Below, piece by piece: positions 61,536 to 64,000 of a DNA stretch of 64,000 bases. Position 1 is the stretch's first letter. Each line of letters opens with the position of its first letter. The notes under the pieces were generated by a model, which worked only from the letters and a program-made list of their open reading frames with translations, was not told the DNA's origin and ran no database searches. The stretch comes from Dicyema japonicum (taxonomy: Eukaryota; Animalia; Dicyemida), in assembly GCA_011109175.1 (NCBI GenBank), contig RDEW01000038.1:545213-609212 (forward strand), read 5' to 3'. A program made the position numbers and the translations under genes.

Positions 61536-62203
61536 TTTCAATTCGTAACCCGTCTTCAATTTTTTTCGTAACCGAATTTATTTAATTATTTGAACTAAGT
61601 CGATATTCGAAAAACTTACAAAATTTTGAATTTTGTCATTGTAACAAAGTATAATAGATGATTTATGCCTAAATTTGGCATCGGAAGGCACTTGTTCAAC
61701 ATAATAGATCCTTTGCTAACAGGGGACGATCAATTCGTCGAATCTGATAAATAATGAACAATGTACCGAAGCATAATTATTCTAATATCAATATTCCGGA
61801 TATACTAGCATGACAACAATTTTCCAATTTATAATATAGGCAGCTATATAGTCCACTTCGCTCAAATTAAATTAATAATGAGTCTGTTGCGTGAGAGTTG
61901 AAATTGAGAAGGCTGTCGTACTTGACTCCAAGGACAGTAGGAGACTTTGTCACTGGAATCCGAGTGGGACCAATGAAAAGACTCAGTTCATCCGTGGAAC
62001 GACGGTCCGACGTAAATGTGGAACAGATAGACTTGGTTGCAGAAATCGTTAGTCAATTGCCAACAATCCAATCGTGGAGAATGTTCAATTTTGTTTGAGT
62101 TTTAAGGGATGTGACTTGCGTCGAGCGGTTCCGTAAAGCAATAACTACATCGTCTGCGTAGGATAATAGCAGGGAATCTTTGTCTGCGTAGGATAATAGC
62201 AGG

Positions 62204-64000
62204 AATCATCTCGTTTTATTGAAGACTCCATTCTTCTAGTTAAATCGACAAGGTGACGGATTCGGAGACATTGGAAACCTGAGTTCAGCATAGAAGTGTC
62301 TTATGCTTTAACTATTCAGGTTCAAGAATCATCTGTCTGAAGCAGCAAGAATGGTTAATGTGATTCATTATGTCCCTATAATGGTAGTTTACTAAATTAT
62401 GTACTCTTAAGGACAATGACCATGGAATTGAATCCATGGTCTTTACTATGATACTTAAGCGAGCCATGTTTATAGGAAATAACTCCAGTTATCCACGAGT
62501 TCCTTCGCTTTAATGGACCAGGTAAATAGAGAATTAACTGTAATTTTGAGAGGTCGTATTAAAAAAAGTTGATTATGACTAGTTTGGCAGATTGGAGTAA
62601 ATTAGTGATAATATTGTTGAATCCACCCTTTTTAGAGATTCCCAAAATGTATGTAGCGGATTTATGAGAACAACACCACCAGAATCGAACCATGTCGATA
62701 TCAGTTAGTTCCTACAGGTGGGAAATCTACTTCCTTCAAACTTCCATCCGAAACTTCCGAGAGCTTAGGGTATGAAAAATGACGAGTCCTTCCAGAGCCA
62801 CAGCTGTGGGAACCTGTTAAAATTTGTAAAGCTATGATGTTTGATGCCGCCTGGCGAGCAACATTATTTTGAACATTTTGTGCAGAAAACAACGTCACAG
62901 CCTCAATCAAATTATCTAAGTGGATTTGAATATATAACAAAATTTAGTTAATTTTAGACAAAAAGTTTTAAAATTCAAATTCGCCATTCTTGTGGAAACC
63001 AGTCTTTGACAGACCTTCTCTTTTATGCAATCTCTCAGGTTCTGATTTCTATGAGGGTTAAGCTTCTCTATTTCTTCGGATTTTATAATTTCTACTTTCC
63101 TTTTATTTAGTCTTATATTCTGGCTGTAGACTGGGAGTGAGAATTGCAGACTCGCTACGTATTGGTCTTAAGAGTGTGCGGAACGAAAATGTCGTTGTGG
63201 TCGTTTAATCGATCCATATGGTTATTATCCACTTTCGTGCAAATTAACGTGGGCCGTTTTCCAATGTGTTTATGAGCTTGACGTTGAAAAACGCACTTTC
63301 TTCAGCTGACCATCACTGCATTTTAGAGAGACTGGTCTCACTAACACCCTGACGGGATGAGAAAATTCCCTTTTGTTAATGGTTAGATTTAGGTCGCTAT
63401 GTATTGATACATACTCTCCGAAAAATTTGGCCGCTTTAGTATCGGACCCATTTTATGCTCTAAACAAATCGAGGATCAAAAGAGAAGGAAATAACGAAGC
63501 ATTACGGAAGATCATTTGTTTGTCTATTTTATGTTGAGACGTCAAGAATCCTTGGCTTATGAGCTGATGATCTAATCCAAGGAATCGGCTCAATGATTCA
63601 AAGGGTCATCAAGGATCCACTTGAGACTGGATGCTTTAGAGAGCGTATCGATAGCTATCGTAAGAAGAAACTGTTTAGAGTTTCAAGACTGCCTAACTTT
63701 TAACTTTTTTAGATTTGTTTAATTAAATTAATAAAAATTCAATCATTCATATTTTAAGGTCTTCATTATAGCCTGAGGGATTGAGAAAGCAGTAGAATTA
63801 TCACTCATAAGTCCAATGTGCTGGAAGAGACAGTTTTATTATAGGCTCTTCCTTTTTCAGTCCTGCAAGTAGCCCGATAAACTTTGTTGTTTTGGTGCCG
63901 AGCATGCGAGACATCTAAGACGTCTAAACGCAGATCAGCTGGAAGGCGAACCGATTTCCAATGCTACGTTACTTCCTCCTTTTTAAATCTTCAGCAGTAT
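62204..64000 (+). repeat. Tandem duplication unit 3 (cut off by the window end)
   Basis: Colinear with 51971-53760. It shares diagnostic variants with unit 2, e.g. agtgtcttatgc, ggtctttact and gagattcccaaa. Confidence 0.97.

Larger units (their letters stand above)
51971..62203 (+). repeat. ~10.2-kb tandem segmental duplication, unit 2
   Basis: Colinear with 41791-51970. Confidence 0.97.

Overview
AT-rich eukaryotic DNA that is almost saturated with degenerate transposon relics, with one 290-N assembly gap (31735-32024). Relics seen: Jockey/I-like, RTE, CRE and R4/NeSL-like non-LTR retrotransposons; MULE, hAT, pogo, Tc1/IS630-like and Ginger-like DNA transposons; Helitron-like ends; and a tRNA-derived SINE. 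Only two host genes could be reconstructed, and both are invisible to the ORF track because they are split by 22-25 nt GT-AG introns. One is an intact 83-aa APC11 (20894-21192). The other is a lineage-specific type-I membrane protein with two LAMP-like modules, present twice and apparently damaged (50003-51307, 60226-61535). From 41791 to the end, the window is a head-to-tail array of a ~10.2-kb unit (two full copies plus a partial third) with identical junctions that carry a templated duplication. Each unit holds a 40-bp minisatellite, an APE endonuclease directly joined to an R4-type RT, and the membrane-protein gene. Tiny introns with variable donor sites, the standard genetic code and the high TE load suggest a reduced parasite such as a myxozoan; this is inference only. 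All protein family calls come from motif recognition by eye, not database searches, and many apparent frameshifts may be assembly indels.
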